This document shows, piece after piece, positions 37,654-46,677 of a DNA stretch of 64,000 bases. The notes beneath the pieces were generated by a model. The model did no database searches. It was given only the letters and a program-made list of their open reading frames with translations, and was not told the DNA's origin. Source of the stretch: Rhodothermales bacterium (GTDB lineage: Bacteria > Bacteroidota > Rhodothermia > Rhodothermales > VXPQ01); the NCBI GenBank assembly GCA_965116435.1, contig OZ220686.1, positions 2,159,184 to 2,223,183 of the forward strand, in the 5' to 3' direction. How positions within the stretch are numbered: the first letter of the stretch is position 1; every line of letters begins with the position of its first letter. A program made the translations under genes and the position numbers.

Positions 37654-39321
37654 CTATCCGCGTAGCGCCTGACGCCATATTTCGAATGTCAGCCACCAGT
37701 CCAGGTGCGAAGCCTGGCGCAGGTCGCCACGATAGTATGCTTCGGCAAGCGCCCGCACCGCCCCGGGGTCGTAGGGCGCATAGTTTTGTACCTCGGCGCT
37801 GGCCGTCAGGTCCAGAATGTATGGTTTCAATGCGTTCAGAAACTGGTGCGGCCGGGGGTCGCTGTACGCCCGTCCGAAACGCTTTTTGAGGGTCGATACG
37901 GCATAGGCGCCGTACGTGCCCAATCCATAGGGATAGGTGACCGTTCCCTTGACCAGCGGATGCCTTGCCAGCGACGCGCGACGATGCTTTATGAGTCGGC
38001 GGAAAAGTTTTCCGTTGCGACGTTGCGCCAACGGCACTTGAAACAGCGCATGTAATACCGAAGGTTGCGCAAAAGGCATATAACACGCCGCTTGTCCGTC
38101 CAGGTAATTTTGCTCCAGCCCAAAGAAATTCGGCAGTCGCGTGCGTACGCCCAGAAGATCGACCGCATTTTCGGGGTCCATTGCGTGTGGAAGCGCATCC
38201 CACTGCGCCGCAATCTGCGTCCGTGCGCCGTCGTGCATGATGTGCGCAATTTCCGGCGAAAAAATATGCGCTCGCCCAACCGACAGCTGTTGCATGATGC
38301 GCGACGAAGGCCCTCGAAATGCCCGCCTCGCCAGCAAGCGATTCATGAATTGCCGCCGCGCCACTTCTCCAAAACCGCCGTCGATCACGCCCAGCCCCAT
38401 GGCGTGCAGCCGGCCATAATAATCAAGGCTTGCTACAGACGAAGCCGGCGCAATGACTTGCGTATGCGCGATGCGTTTGCGGAGGAGCGCAAGACATTCG
38501 TCCGCTGTTGGAACGGGGGTCGAGAAAACATGGTGGCGCAGTGTTTCGCTACGGGCAATGCGCCCCGAAATATCCACATCGGGGTGGTCCGACGGCCCCC
38601 AGACGTGTGTGGAGGCGGGGGTATGCAGCGCCAGAAGCAACCGCGAATCCAGCCCCCCGGACAGGCCCAGGCTCCACGCCACCGGACTTTTCCAGCGCAT
38701 CGTCCGGGAGAGGGCGTCGGCGAAGGCGTCCCCATCGGGGTCGGTGGGATGGATTTCGCTTTCCCAGGGCTGTTCCGTCACCCGAAGTTGTCCGCGCTCC
38801 ATGACCGCATGACCGCCCGGGCCGAGGCGCAGGACGTTGTGCGCCTGGCTTTCCGTGGTGAGTTGGTTGGCCAGAAGCCAGTGCGCCCCGAACGCCGCAA
38901 AGTCGATGTCCAGCCCGCCGACGATGTTCGCCAGCCAGTCCAGGCGCGTGCAGAACAGCGTGCCGCCCTGCCATGCTTTCAGATATGCGGTGCGCACGCC
39001 CAGCGGGTCCGTGAAAAGCTCCGCGCAGCCCGAACGCCAACGGAACGCTACGAAGTGGCCGTCCAGGTCCTGCAGGCGAGGATCCGGGGGATTCAGTCGC
39101 TCGGCCCAGTTTTCGCATGTCAGTACGGTTTCTGCCTGCACCGCCAGTCCCGTGACCAGAAAGGAGCCGCCGCCCGGCAGCGCCCCGCCCGCGCAGGTTA
39201 GTTCCAATCCGCCCGTCTGGGCGTATATCCCGGGTTCCTGTACGCCGTGTCGCGGGGCGTCGTGCGCCTCGGGTATATCGGCGTCCGGCGCAGGACCAAC
39301 CCATCCAATCAGCCAGCTCAT
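37654..39321 (-). CDS. Asparagine-synthetase-like PP-loop ATPase lacking the N-terminal glutaminase cysteine
   Basis: N-terminus MSWLIGW, with no Cys2. PP-loop SLGLSGGLDSR. AsnB-like overall length of 555 aa. Confidence 0.75.
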   Translation of the reverse strand: MSWLIGWVGPAPDADIPEAHDAPRHGVQEPGIYAQTGGLELTCAGGALPGGGSFLVTGLAVQAETVLTCENWAERLNPPDPRLQDLDGHFVAFRWRSGCAELFTDPLGVRTAYLKAWQGGTLFCTRLDWLANIVGGLDIDFAAFGAHWLLANQLTTESQAHNVLRLGPGGHAVMERGQLRVTEQPWESEIHPTDPDGDAFADALSRTMRWKSPVAWSLGLSGGLDSRLLLALHTPASTHVWGPSDHPDVDISGRIARSETLRHHVFSTPVPTADECLALLRKRIAHTQVIAPASSVASLDYYGRLHAMGLGVIDGGFGEVARRQFMNRLLARRAFRGPSSRIMQQLSVGRAHIFSPEIAHIMHDGARTQIAAQWDALPHAMDPENAVDLLGVRTRLPNFFGLEQNYLDGQAACYMPFAQPSVLHALFQVPLAQRRNGKLFRRLIKHRRASLARHPLVKGTVTYPYGLGTYGAYAVSTLKKRFGRAYSDPRPHQFLNALKPYILDLTASAEVQNYAPYDPGAVRALAEAYYRGDLRQASHLDWWLTFEIWRQALRG

Positions 39322-39457
39322 GACGATGGACCGTTTCGTTCATGATTCCGCGTCGAGGCGCTGGCGTGGCGACCGGGCGCAAATCCGACCGGGGCGGGCA
39401 CATCGGCTGCAAGATGCGTACGGGGCACGATTCGGTACATAATCCGAATGCACCCCA

Positions 39458-39499
39458 AGCGCTCTTGGCGCTCCGAGTGTTCCGAGCACCAAGAGCGCT
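39458..39499 (-). terminator. 11-bp-stem hairpin 28 nt after the helicase stop (no U-tract)
   Basis: agcgctcttgg at 39458-39468 is the exact reverse complement of ccaagagcgct at 39489-39499. The loop is 20 nt. Confidence 0.3.
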
Positions 39500-39526
39500 C
39501 CGCGGTGCTATGTCCAGTCGGGCTGG

Positions 39527-42500
39527 TCACGTCTTTCTGTTTGGCTTTCTGTTCGTTTTTCTTGAGGCAGGGTACGTTTCGCCGGGCAGGGTTATCGTGT
39601 GCAGGTCTATGTTGCGGCCCTGGAATTCCGATTTCAGACCCAAGTGCGCAAGTCCCTCGTTGATGAACCAGTCCATTTCGTCGGGTTCGGTGGAACGTTG
39701 GTGGAGGGGAATGGGCAGGGCCTTTTGCAGATCCCGCATATGTTCGTTCGACCAAATCCGTTGGTCCAGCGCCACGAACACGCCCTTGTCTGTTTCCTTG
39801 CGAATCAGGCGTCCAAATCCTTGTCGTAATTTCAGTTTGGAGGCGGGATGATAATACTCGTTCCAAAAATCCCTGCCCATGATTTTCAGCCGATGTTTCA
39901 TGATAGACTTGCCAAGGCTTGGGTTGGGCAATCGCACCACGATTACTTGCGAAAGGGTGCGGTCTGGAAAATCTACGCCAGTCCAGAAGCGGTCCACGCC
40001 AAAGAGCACGCTTTGCTCCGTGGCTCGGAACGCATTGATTTCGGCAAGACTGCTTCCGTTCTGTAACAAAGGTTCGATGCCGTGCTGTTCCAGGATGGGC
40101 CGCACTTGCCCGAAAATATCGTTCATCTCCGCGGTGCTGGTGAACAGAACCAGCGTGCGCCCATTCATGGCCACGGTGAGGCGCGCGATGGCGCCCGCAA
40201 TCTGGCACTGCCAACGGATTTTCGTTTCCCGGGGAGCACGGTAATCATAGGCTGGGATTGACGTAGTGACAACCCCCCGTACATTCTCCGTATACCTGAA
40301 AGGCGATGCAATACGCTTCTGTGCCTCATCTCCAAACTCCGCTCCCAGCTCGGTAGAAAACAAATCGAGTGAATCGTCTACAAACAAGGTGGCCGACGTG
40401 AACATCGTCGTTGCATACGGCTCGCAGCAGGTTTTTAGAACTATTTCGGAAATGTCGTACGGAATTTTTTCCAAGGCCCACTTCGCGTATCTATATTTAC
40501 CGTATTCAAAAGAGCAAATATGCACGTATTCGCTCGACGGATAATCGTTTTTTATACTCTGGGACTTTTCTGCTAATTCCTTAGCATACTGCCTATACTT
40601 TAGTATACGTTTTTTTTCTTGTTTTTGTTGCATATTATCTGATTTTTCATATATTCCAAGATTTGACAAATTATCCCAATATTCAGCAATTTTTATGCAA
40701 TGTTCAGTCAGTGAAGCAATGTTTTCTTGTATATGTTGGATGGCCACAGGTCCCACATCACCCCAACGTTTTTCGTCGGAATTGTAATTTTTTTTGAATG
40801 CAGTGCTGTTTCCAAGAATATTTTCAATAGCATTCGAACAATGTTCTACAGCCTCGCAAGACACAAGGATACGTGAAATATCTTTTATTGCACCTTCGAG
40901 GTCCTTCTGTGTATCTTGATCAGGTTTTTTAGCGCCCTTCCGTTTTAATTGTTTCGAAAAACGATCTTGCAAAATTTCGGCGAATCCGCGGCGCTTTTCG
41001 GATCCCTGAATGCGTTGCAGGAAAAAGCGATGAATATCGTACCGGGAAAGCCGGACGGCGGCCGCGCTACGTAGGTTGTCCGGGAATTGGTCCGCCTCGT
41101 CGATCAGGCACGTATGTCCAAGCGCCTGTATCTGGCTATCCATCAGGGGCAGTTTATAGTGATTCGTGACTACGACATCCGCCTCTTGCGCTTTTTGCAA
41201 ATGCCGGGGGTAGATGCAGCCTGCGCCCATGCGGCACAGGTCGCGCGTACAGGCTACGTCTGCCTTCGTTTCGTCCAGGAAATCTTTCAGATCGGGGAAA
41301 CGGGATCGGAAAGATGTCCAGGATATGTTCTCCGTTTCGCCCCTGTTGCGTATCACCGTCAGGAATAAAAACAACCAGGCAAGCCGTTTCCGGATTCGCT
41401 CGTCCTGCGATATGTTTTCAATGAGTGTTGGCTCGTCTTTTGGTCGGTAATGTTCCGCAAAGAGATCCACCAAGGCGGTTATGCAGAGAAAGTTGCCTTT
41501 GCCTTTGAGCGTTGCTGCCTTGACATCCTGATAGAGCGATCCGGTTTGGGCAAGGCGCGGCCATTCCTTGTCCAGAAGATGGTCCTGCAAGTTTTTCGTG
41601 GCGGTAGCGATAATGACCTTTCCGACCTCCGCATGCTCTGCATCCTTTGCGGTCTCTGATTCCTTCTCGGCGATCCCTTGTCGTTGCCGGATGCCTTCGC
41701 AGGCCGGTATCAGATATCCCAATGTTTTGCCCGTGCCTGTTCCGGCCTCAATGGCGTACGTTCCCCCCTTGTTGATGGCTCCAACGCAGAAGCGGGCGAA
41801 ATCCCGTTGTTCCTGTCGGGGCTGGAAGTGTTCTTTCTTGATCAACCAGTCGAAAAAATCGTCTACGCGCTTGGTGTTGACGACAGGCTTCGCCGTGCGA
41901 GGAGGGTTTTTCGAGTCGATTCGTTTCCCGGTTGGTACGGATTCAAGGCCCTGCGTTGCTTCTTCGCTCAGCAATGTGGTCCATTGCCGGGTCAGCCAAT
42001 TTTTTTGTTTGCGCGCATCGCCTTTGACCTCGGCGTCTTTCGGGAAGTCCGCATCCTGGATTTCCCGGGGCGCTGTGTCTCCATAGGGTTTGGCGAACAG
42101 GGAGTCCTTATTCCACCGGATTCGATGCGCCATGCCTGCCACCTGAAACAAGGCATAGAAATCCTGAAACGCAGCGGCGTTCTTTGGGCCTACTGCTCTG
42201 TGAAGCAAGGTATACACGAGATGTTTTCCCGAATGTGCTTGCGATTCGGCGCGAATCTGGTCCAGAATATTCTTCAGGACCCCGCCGGCGGGCAATGCTC
42301 CGGTGAGGCTGCGTACGAGCAGCGGCAATCGGGGATCGTTTGTGCGCCATTCGGTCTCCGGGACGAATCGTTGGATCAGGGCTTCGTCCCCTGGAATGTC
42401 TTGATCCGGCAGAAAGAACTGCGCCATTTCAAACAAATCGACCAGAACGGGGCGCGTAGATTTGGCGCCGAGGATATGCTTCGCAAACCATTGTTTCTGG

Positions 42501-42790
42501 TTCTCCCGATCATATACAAAAAGCACATCCAGATTGGCGAAAAAGGAAACGATTTCCGGTTTTGCTTCCTCCCAGGAAGGTTTGTCCGCCAGAATTTTTT
42601 CGCTGATTCGGCTCTGATCGTAGAGACGTCGCGTAAGGGGGCTTCCGGGGTTCACAATCCAATCCTTTTCCTCCGGCGCGCTGTCCGCCGAATACCGCAT
42701 CCCCGAGATATGAAAAATCTCGCCGTGCCCGGGTCGGTTGCCCGTAGCGAACAGATGTCCTACGCCGATTTTCAGAACCTTTTTCGGCAA
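39527..42790 (-). CDS. DinG/XPD-family Fe-S ATP-dependent DNA helicase with a degenerate DnaQ-like N-terminal domain
   Basis: Walker A AIEAGTGTGKT. Cys set FLC...VACTRDLCRMGAGC (Fe-S domain). CLIDEADQF box. Motif VI GFGRLIRKETDKG. The N-terminal exonuclease-like fold lacks the DxE acids. Confidence 0.75.
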   Translation of the reverse strand: MPKKVLKIGVGHLFATGNRPGHGEIFHISGMRYSADSAPEEKDWIVNPGSPLTRRLYDQSRISEKILADKPSWEEAKPEIVSFFANLDVLFVYDRENQKQWFAKHILGAKSTRPVLVDLFEMAQFFLPDQDIPGDEALIQRFVPETEWRTNDPRLPLLVRSLTGALPAGGVLKNILDQIRAESQAHSGKHLVYTLLHRAVGPKNAAAFQDFYALFQVAGMAHRIRWNKDSLFAKPYGDTAPREIQDADFPKDAEVKGDARKQKNWLTRQWTTLLSEEATQGLESVPTGKRIDSKNPPRTAKPVVNTKRVDDFFDWLIKKEHFQPRQEQRDFARFCVGAINKGGTYAIEAGTGTGKTLGYLIPACEGIRQRQGIAEKESETAKDAEHAEVGKVIIATATKNLQDHLLDKEWPRLAQTGSLYQDVKAATLKGKGNFLCITALVDLFAEHYRPKDEPTLIENISQDERIRKRLAWLFLFLTVIRNRGETENISWTSFRSRFPDLKDFLDETKADVACTRDLCRMGAGCIYPRHLQKAQEADVVVTNHYKLPLMDSQIQALGHTCLIDEADQFPDNLRSAAAVRLSRYDIHRFFLQRIQGSEKRRGFAEILQDRFSKQLKRKGAKKPDQDTQKDLEGAIKDISRILVSCEAVEHCSNAIENILGNSTAFKKNYNSDEKRWGDVGPVAIQHIQENIASLTEHCIKIAEYWDNLSNLGIYEKSDNMQQKQEKKRILKYRQYAKELAEKSQSIKNDYPSSEYVHICSFEYGKYRYAKWALEKIPYDISEIVLKTCCEPYATTMFTSATLFVDDSLDLFSTELGAEFGDEAQKRIASPFRYTENVRGVVTTSIPAYDYRAPRETKIRWQCQIAGAIARLTVAMNGRTLVLFTSTAEMNDIFGQVRPILEQHGIEPLLQNGSSLAEINAFRATEQSVLFGVDRFWTGVDFPDRTLSQVIVVRLPNPSLGKSIMKHRLKIMGRDFWNEYYHPASKLKLRQGFGRLIRKETDKGVFVALDQRIWSNEHMRDLQKALPIPLHQRSTEPDEMDWFINEGLAHLGLKSEFQGRNIDLHTITLPGETYPASRKTNRKPNRKT

Positions 42791-42935
42791 TGTCGTGCTT
42801 ACGTATGCATAGGGCTATCGCGAGGGGTGTGCGGCCGGCAAGGCCCTGCGGAATTTCCTCGGCGGAGAATCGCACGGAGTCTATCCGTAAATATAACCGT
42901 ATTTGTATTTCTGGCAAATCGCAGCCACCCTTCCT

Positions 42936-44345
42936 TCAATACGCATTTTTGTGCACGAAACCCGACCAGAGCGTCATGATCATGATTTTGGCGTCCAGGC
43001 GGAGGGACCAGTTTCGGATATAGTAGAGGTCGTATTCGATGCGCTTTTCAATAGACGTGTCGCCTCGCCAGCCGTTGACCTGCGCCCAGCCCGTAATGCC
43101 CGCCTTGACCTTGTGCCGCAGCATGTAGCGGGGTACGCGCCCCCGAAATTGCTCAATGAACACCGGACGTTCGGGCCGCGGCCCCACGACGGACATATCC
43201 CCCTTGAGCACATTGATGAATTGCGGCAATTCGTCCAGCGAGGTGCGTCGCATGAATGCGCCCAGCCGAGTGGCCCGTTTTTCGCCCGCCTGCGCCCATA
43301 CGGCGCCGGTAGCGGCTTCGGCGTCCACGGGCATGGACCGGAATTTCAGCATGTCGAACGTGCGTCCGTTCAGCCCCATCCGGTTTTGCCTGTAAAACAC
43401 CGGGCCGGGCGAGGACAACTTCACCCCGATGGCGAGCAATACCATAAGCGGGGACAGAAGCACAAGCGCCGCCGCTGCGAAACCCACATCCACAATGCGT
43501 TTCGTGATGCGCGCAAATTCCAGCGGCGCCTCGTCGATCAGGTGGATAATGGGCAACCCTTCCACACTGGTGACCCGGCTATTCACGATGTCAAAGTGAA
43601 ACAGGTCCGGGACAAGGCAGACGTGCGCCAGCCGGGTGGACAGTTCGTTGACGAGGGGCTCGATGCGATGCAGCACGGTGAGGGGGAGGGCGATATAGAC
43701 ATAATCTATGGGCCGATTTTCCTGCTGAAAACGATCCACGACCGCCACGGCCTCCGAGACGCCGCCCAGTACGTCCGCCTGATCTTTTTTGTGGTCGTCC
43801 AGGAAGCCCGCAATCTGGAACCCGATCCAGGGATACTTCCGCAAGGCTTCTTCCAGTTTGCGCCCGGCGTCGCCCGCGCCCAGAATAAGGACGCGCCGCA
43901 GGTACCTTCCCCGCTTCCGGGCGCGCCGGAGCAGCATATACAGGGCGAGGCGGGCGAACACCATCAACGTCGGGGTCGCGACGCCGAACAGCATCATATG
44001 CATCCGCGAGAAATACAACTCGCGGTAGAAGGAGAGCGAGGCCGTGACCACGATCAGCCCCATGATGACCGCTTTGCCCACGCTGAACGCGAGATGCGTC
44101 ATGCGTTGCAGGCGGTCCGGGACGTACAGGCCGGAAAACCAGAACGCCGCCATGGACACGATGAGCACCCACGGCAGAAAAGCGAGGTACCGGGACAGGG
44201 GAAGCCACTCGGGCGGGGGCATGAACCCGATGCGGGAGAGCGCTTCGAAACGAATGAGCCAAGCGAGAATCCACCCGATGACGATCAGGCCCAGATCGAC
44301 GGCGAACAGGATGCGCTGAAACAGCCGGCTTTGCTCTTGCAACAT
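42936..44345 (-). CDS. Polyprenyl-phosphate glycosylphosphotransferase (WbaP/WcaJ-type exopolysaccharide initiating sugar transferase)
   Basis: N-terminal TM block. C-terminal KRIVDVGFAAAALVLLSPLM ... FRSM ... DELPQFINVLKGDMSVVGPRP. Confidence 0.85.
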   Translation of the reverse strand: MLQEQSRLFQRILFAVDLGLIVIGWILAWLIRFEALSRIGFMPPPEWLPLSRYLAFLPWVLIVSMAAFWFSGLYVPDRLQRMTHLAFSVGKAVIMGLIVVTASLSFYRELYFSRMHMMLFGVATPTLMVFARLALYMLLRRARKRGRYLRRVLILGAGDAGRKLEEALRKYPWIGFQIAGFLDDHKKDQADVLGGVSEAVAVVDRFQQENRPIDYVYIALPLTVLHRIEPLVNELSTRLAHVCLVPDLFHFDIVNSRVTSVEGLPIIHLIDEAPLEFARITKRIVDVGFAAAALVLLSPLMVLLAIGVKLSSPGPVFYRQNRMGLNGRTFDMLKFRSMPVDAEAATGAVWAQAGEKRATRLGAFMRRTSLDELPQFINVLKGDMSVVGPRPERPVFIEQFRGRVPRYMLRHKVKAGITGWAQVNGWRGDTSIEKRIEYDLYYIRNWSLRLDAKIMIMTLWSGFVHKNAY

Positions 44346-44677
44346 ATATACGCTGCGTCGTTACGTTGTAGATGCTTTTGCCGTAGCGCTATCGCATGCA
44401 AGGGAGGTCTGAAGGTTGGGAGAGCGGAAGGGGCGGGCGTCGCCGCTGGTTCATGTTTCTTTCTCAAATGGTTCTTTCGGGGAAATGTTTCGGTTTCCGG
44501 CGAGCATAGTTGCAAAAATACGCTGAATGAAGGGCGCTTCCATGCCTCCCGAAGGGCGCCTCACGACTCCGACGCCGCAAAACGCCGTGTTTTTTGATGA
44601 TTTTACCGATGGAATTATCGCAAACGCTACGTGCATACGCAAAGCGCTGATTGCAGTGGATTTGATCAGTGCATCCC

Positions 44678-45640
44678 TCAGGTATTTCCGGCGGCGAGGC
44701 GGGCCAGCGCCAGCGAACCGACCACGCCGGCGTTGTCCTCCAGCCCCGGGGGGACGATAAACGTTTCCGTATGGGTAATGATTTCCGGGCTTTGCAGGTA
44801 GTTGGCCAGGATGCGTTGTACGCGCCGCCGGATGCGCGGAAACAAATGCCGCTGATGCATGACGCCCCCGCCGAGGATAATCCGTTGCGGGGACAGGACG
44901 CACGTGATATTCGCCAGCGCCACGGAGAGGTAGTGCGTGGTATGGGTCCATATTTCGTGGTCGGGGGGCAGGCGATGCGGCGGACCGCCTGCCCGTGCGT
45001 GCAGCGCGGGGCCGGACGCCATGCCTTCGAGGCAATCGCCGTGAAAGGGGCACACGCCCGCGAAATGGTCGCCTTCGGCGCGGGGCAACTTCATGTGTCC
45101 CATTTCCGGGTGCAGCAAGCCATGGATGCGTTCGCCGCCGACAAGCGCGCCGCCGCCTACGCCGGTGCCGATGCTCAGGTAGACGAACGTATGCAAGCCC
45201 TGCGCGGCGCCCAGCGCGCCCTCTCCAAGCGCGGCGGCGTTCGTATCCGTGTCGAATCCGACCGGTACGCCCAGCGCCCGACCAAGGCGTCCTGCAAAAT
45301 CTGTGTGGCGCCATCCCGCCTTGGGCGTGGTGGTGATGTAGCCCCAGGTGGGCGAGCCGGGACGGGGGTCTACCGGCCCGAAGGACCCGACGCCCACGGC
45401 GGTCAACGCGCCGTTTTCGGCCCGGGACCGAAAAAAGTCGATGGTCCGGGCGAGCGTTTCGGCGGGCGTCGTGGTGGGAAATTCGATCCGTTCGAGCAGC
45501 GTCAGCGAAGCGTCTCCGACGCCGCACACGAATTTCGTGCCGCCGGCTTCGACGCCCCCGTATCGAACCGGGGCGTTTGGCGCCTGGGGCCGGGCAGCGT
45601 GTGCGGATCGGTCCATGCGAGGGTCCATACGATGATCCAT
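44678..45640 (-). CDS. ROK-family sugar kinase (fructokinase-like)
   Basis: YGGVEAGGTKFVC ATP-binding start. Zn motif CPFHGDCLEG. The start codon is uncertain, with alternative Mets at 45628 and 45616. Confidence 0.75.
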   Translation of the reverse strand: MDHRMDPRMDRSAHAARPQAPNAPVRYGGVEAGGTKFVCGVGDASLTLLERIEFPTTTPAETLARTIDFFRSRAENGALTAVGVGSFGPVDPRPGSPTWGYITTTPKAGWRHTDFAGRLGRALGVPVGFDTDTNAAALGEGALGAAQGLHTFVYLSIGTGVGGGALVGGERIHGLLHPEMGHMKLPRAEGDHFAGVCPFHGDCLEGMASGPALHARAGGPPHRLPPDHEIWTHTTHYLSVALANITCVLSPQRIILGGGVMHQRHLFPRIRRRVQRILANYLQSPEIITHTETFIVPPGLEDNAGVVGSLALARLAAGNT

Positions 45641-45764
45641 GCGATACGGTGCGTTACCATGTGGTTACATCCTGGTGCATCCTTGCGCATTGTTGTGCAT
45701 TTTCATGACAATGTAGCGCAGAAGGATGCTGTTTGCGCCGCATAGCGGACGAAAACAGCCCCGG

Positions 45765-46661
45765 CTACGCGACGCGCAGGCGCAAGGAAATATCCAGCGC
45801 CTCGACGGAATGCGTCAGGGCGCCGCAGGAAATATACTGCACCCCCGTTTTTGCAATGAGCCGGACCGTGTCGAGGGTTACGTTGCCGGACGCCTCGGCG
45901 GGGATGCGTCCGCCCAGGAGCGCCATGGCTTCCCGGAGGCGGGATACGTCCGGTTCTCCGCTCGCCGAGAGGTCCACCATATTGTCCAGGAGGATGCGGT
46001 CGGCGCCGCCTGCGCGCAGCGTTTCCTGCACCTCGTCGAGGGTGCGGGTTTCGATCTCAATGGGGATCGACAGGGCGTGTTTCCGACGATGCCGCTCCGC
46101 CGCCCGAAGCGCTTGCGTCACCCCCCCGGCGGCGGCGATATGGTTGTCCTTGATGAGGAACATGTCGTCGAGGCCGAGGCGGTGGTTTGCGCCGCCGCCC
46201 AGCCGGACCGCCCATTTATCCAGCCGCCGCAGGCCCGGCGCCGTTTTGCGCGTATCCATGATCTGTACGGAAAATTCCTCAACGGCCTGTACAAAGCGGC
46301 GCGTATGCGTGGCGACACCGCTCATGCGCTGCATCAGGTTCAGGACAAGGCGTTCGGCCACGAGCAAGCCCTGCGCGGGTCCGTTCGCCTCCCCGAACGT
46401 GGCCCCCGCCCGGACGGATTCGCCCTCTTCGTACGTCCAGGAGCACCGGATCCGGCTGTCCACCGCCGAGAAAACATATTCGGCCATGGTCAGGCCCGCC
46501 AGCACGCCGTCCGCCTTCGCCAGAAAGCATCCCTCGGCGTGCAGGGCGCCATCCACGACGGCTTCCGTGGTTACGTCTCCGGCGCCGACGTCCTCGGCGA
46601 GCGCGTCCCGGACAAATCTTTGCAGCGCTTCCTCGGAGATGTACTCGGGCAGTGGGTTCAT
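45765..46661 (-). CDS. nadC: Nicotinate-nucleotide pyrophosphorylase (carboxylating)
   Basis: ALAEDVGAGDVTT ... TRKTAPGLR ... KDNH ... typical of QPRTase. The alternative ATG at 46685 would overlap the accA stop by 8 nt. Confidence 0.85.
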   Translation of the reverse strand: MNPLPEYISEEALQRFVRDALAEDVGAGDVTTEAVVDGALHAEGCFLAKADGVLAGLTMAEYVFSAVDSRIRCSWTYEEGESVRAGATFGEANGPAQGLLVAERLVLNLMQRMSGVATHTRRFVQAVEEFSVQIMDTRKTAPGLRRLDKWAVRLGGGANHRLGLDDMFLIKDNHIAAAGGVTQALRAAERHRRKHALSIPIEIETRTLDEVQETLRAGGADRILLDNMVDLSASGEPDVSRLREAMALLGGRIPAEASGNVTLDTVRLIAKTGVQYISCGALTHSVEALDISLRLRVA

Positions 46662-46677
46662 TGCGGACAGGCGTCGG

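Noticed and set aside
38549-39412. 287-aa minus-strand ORF overlapping the 5' end of the AsnB-like gene
   Set aside because: It is an out-of-frame overlap with a gene that carries a clear PP-loop. The product is Arg/Gly/Pro-rich.
36025-39440. Full lasso-peptide/RiPP gene-cluster call (small ORF plus AsnB-like cyclase)
   Set aside because: No transglutaminase-like B protease, PqqD-like RRE or dedicated exporter is adjacent, and the 40-aa peptide lacks canonical core features. It is kept only as a low-confidence lead.
41678-44597. Plus-strand ORFs of 433 aa (41678-42979) and 564 aa (42903-44597)
   Set aside because: They are antisense to the DinG-like helicase and the WbaP-type sugar transferase respectively. 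No motifs.
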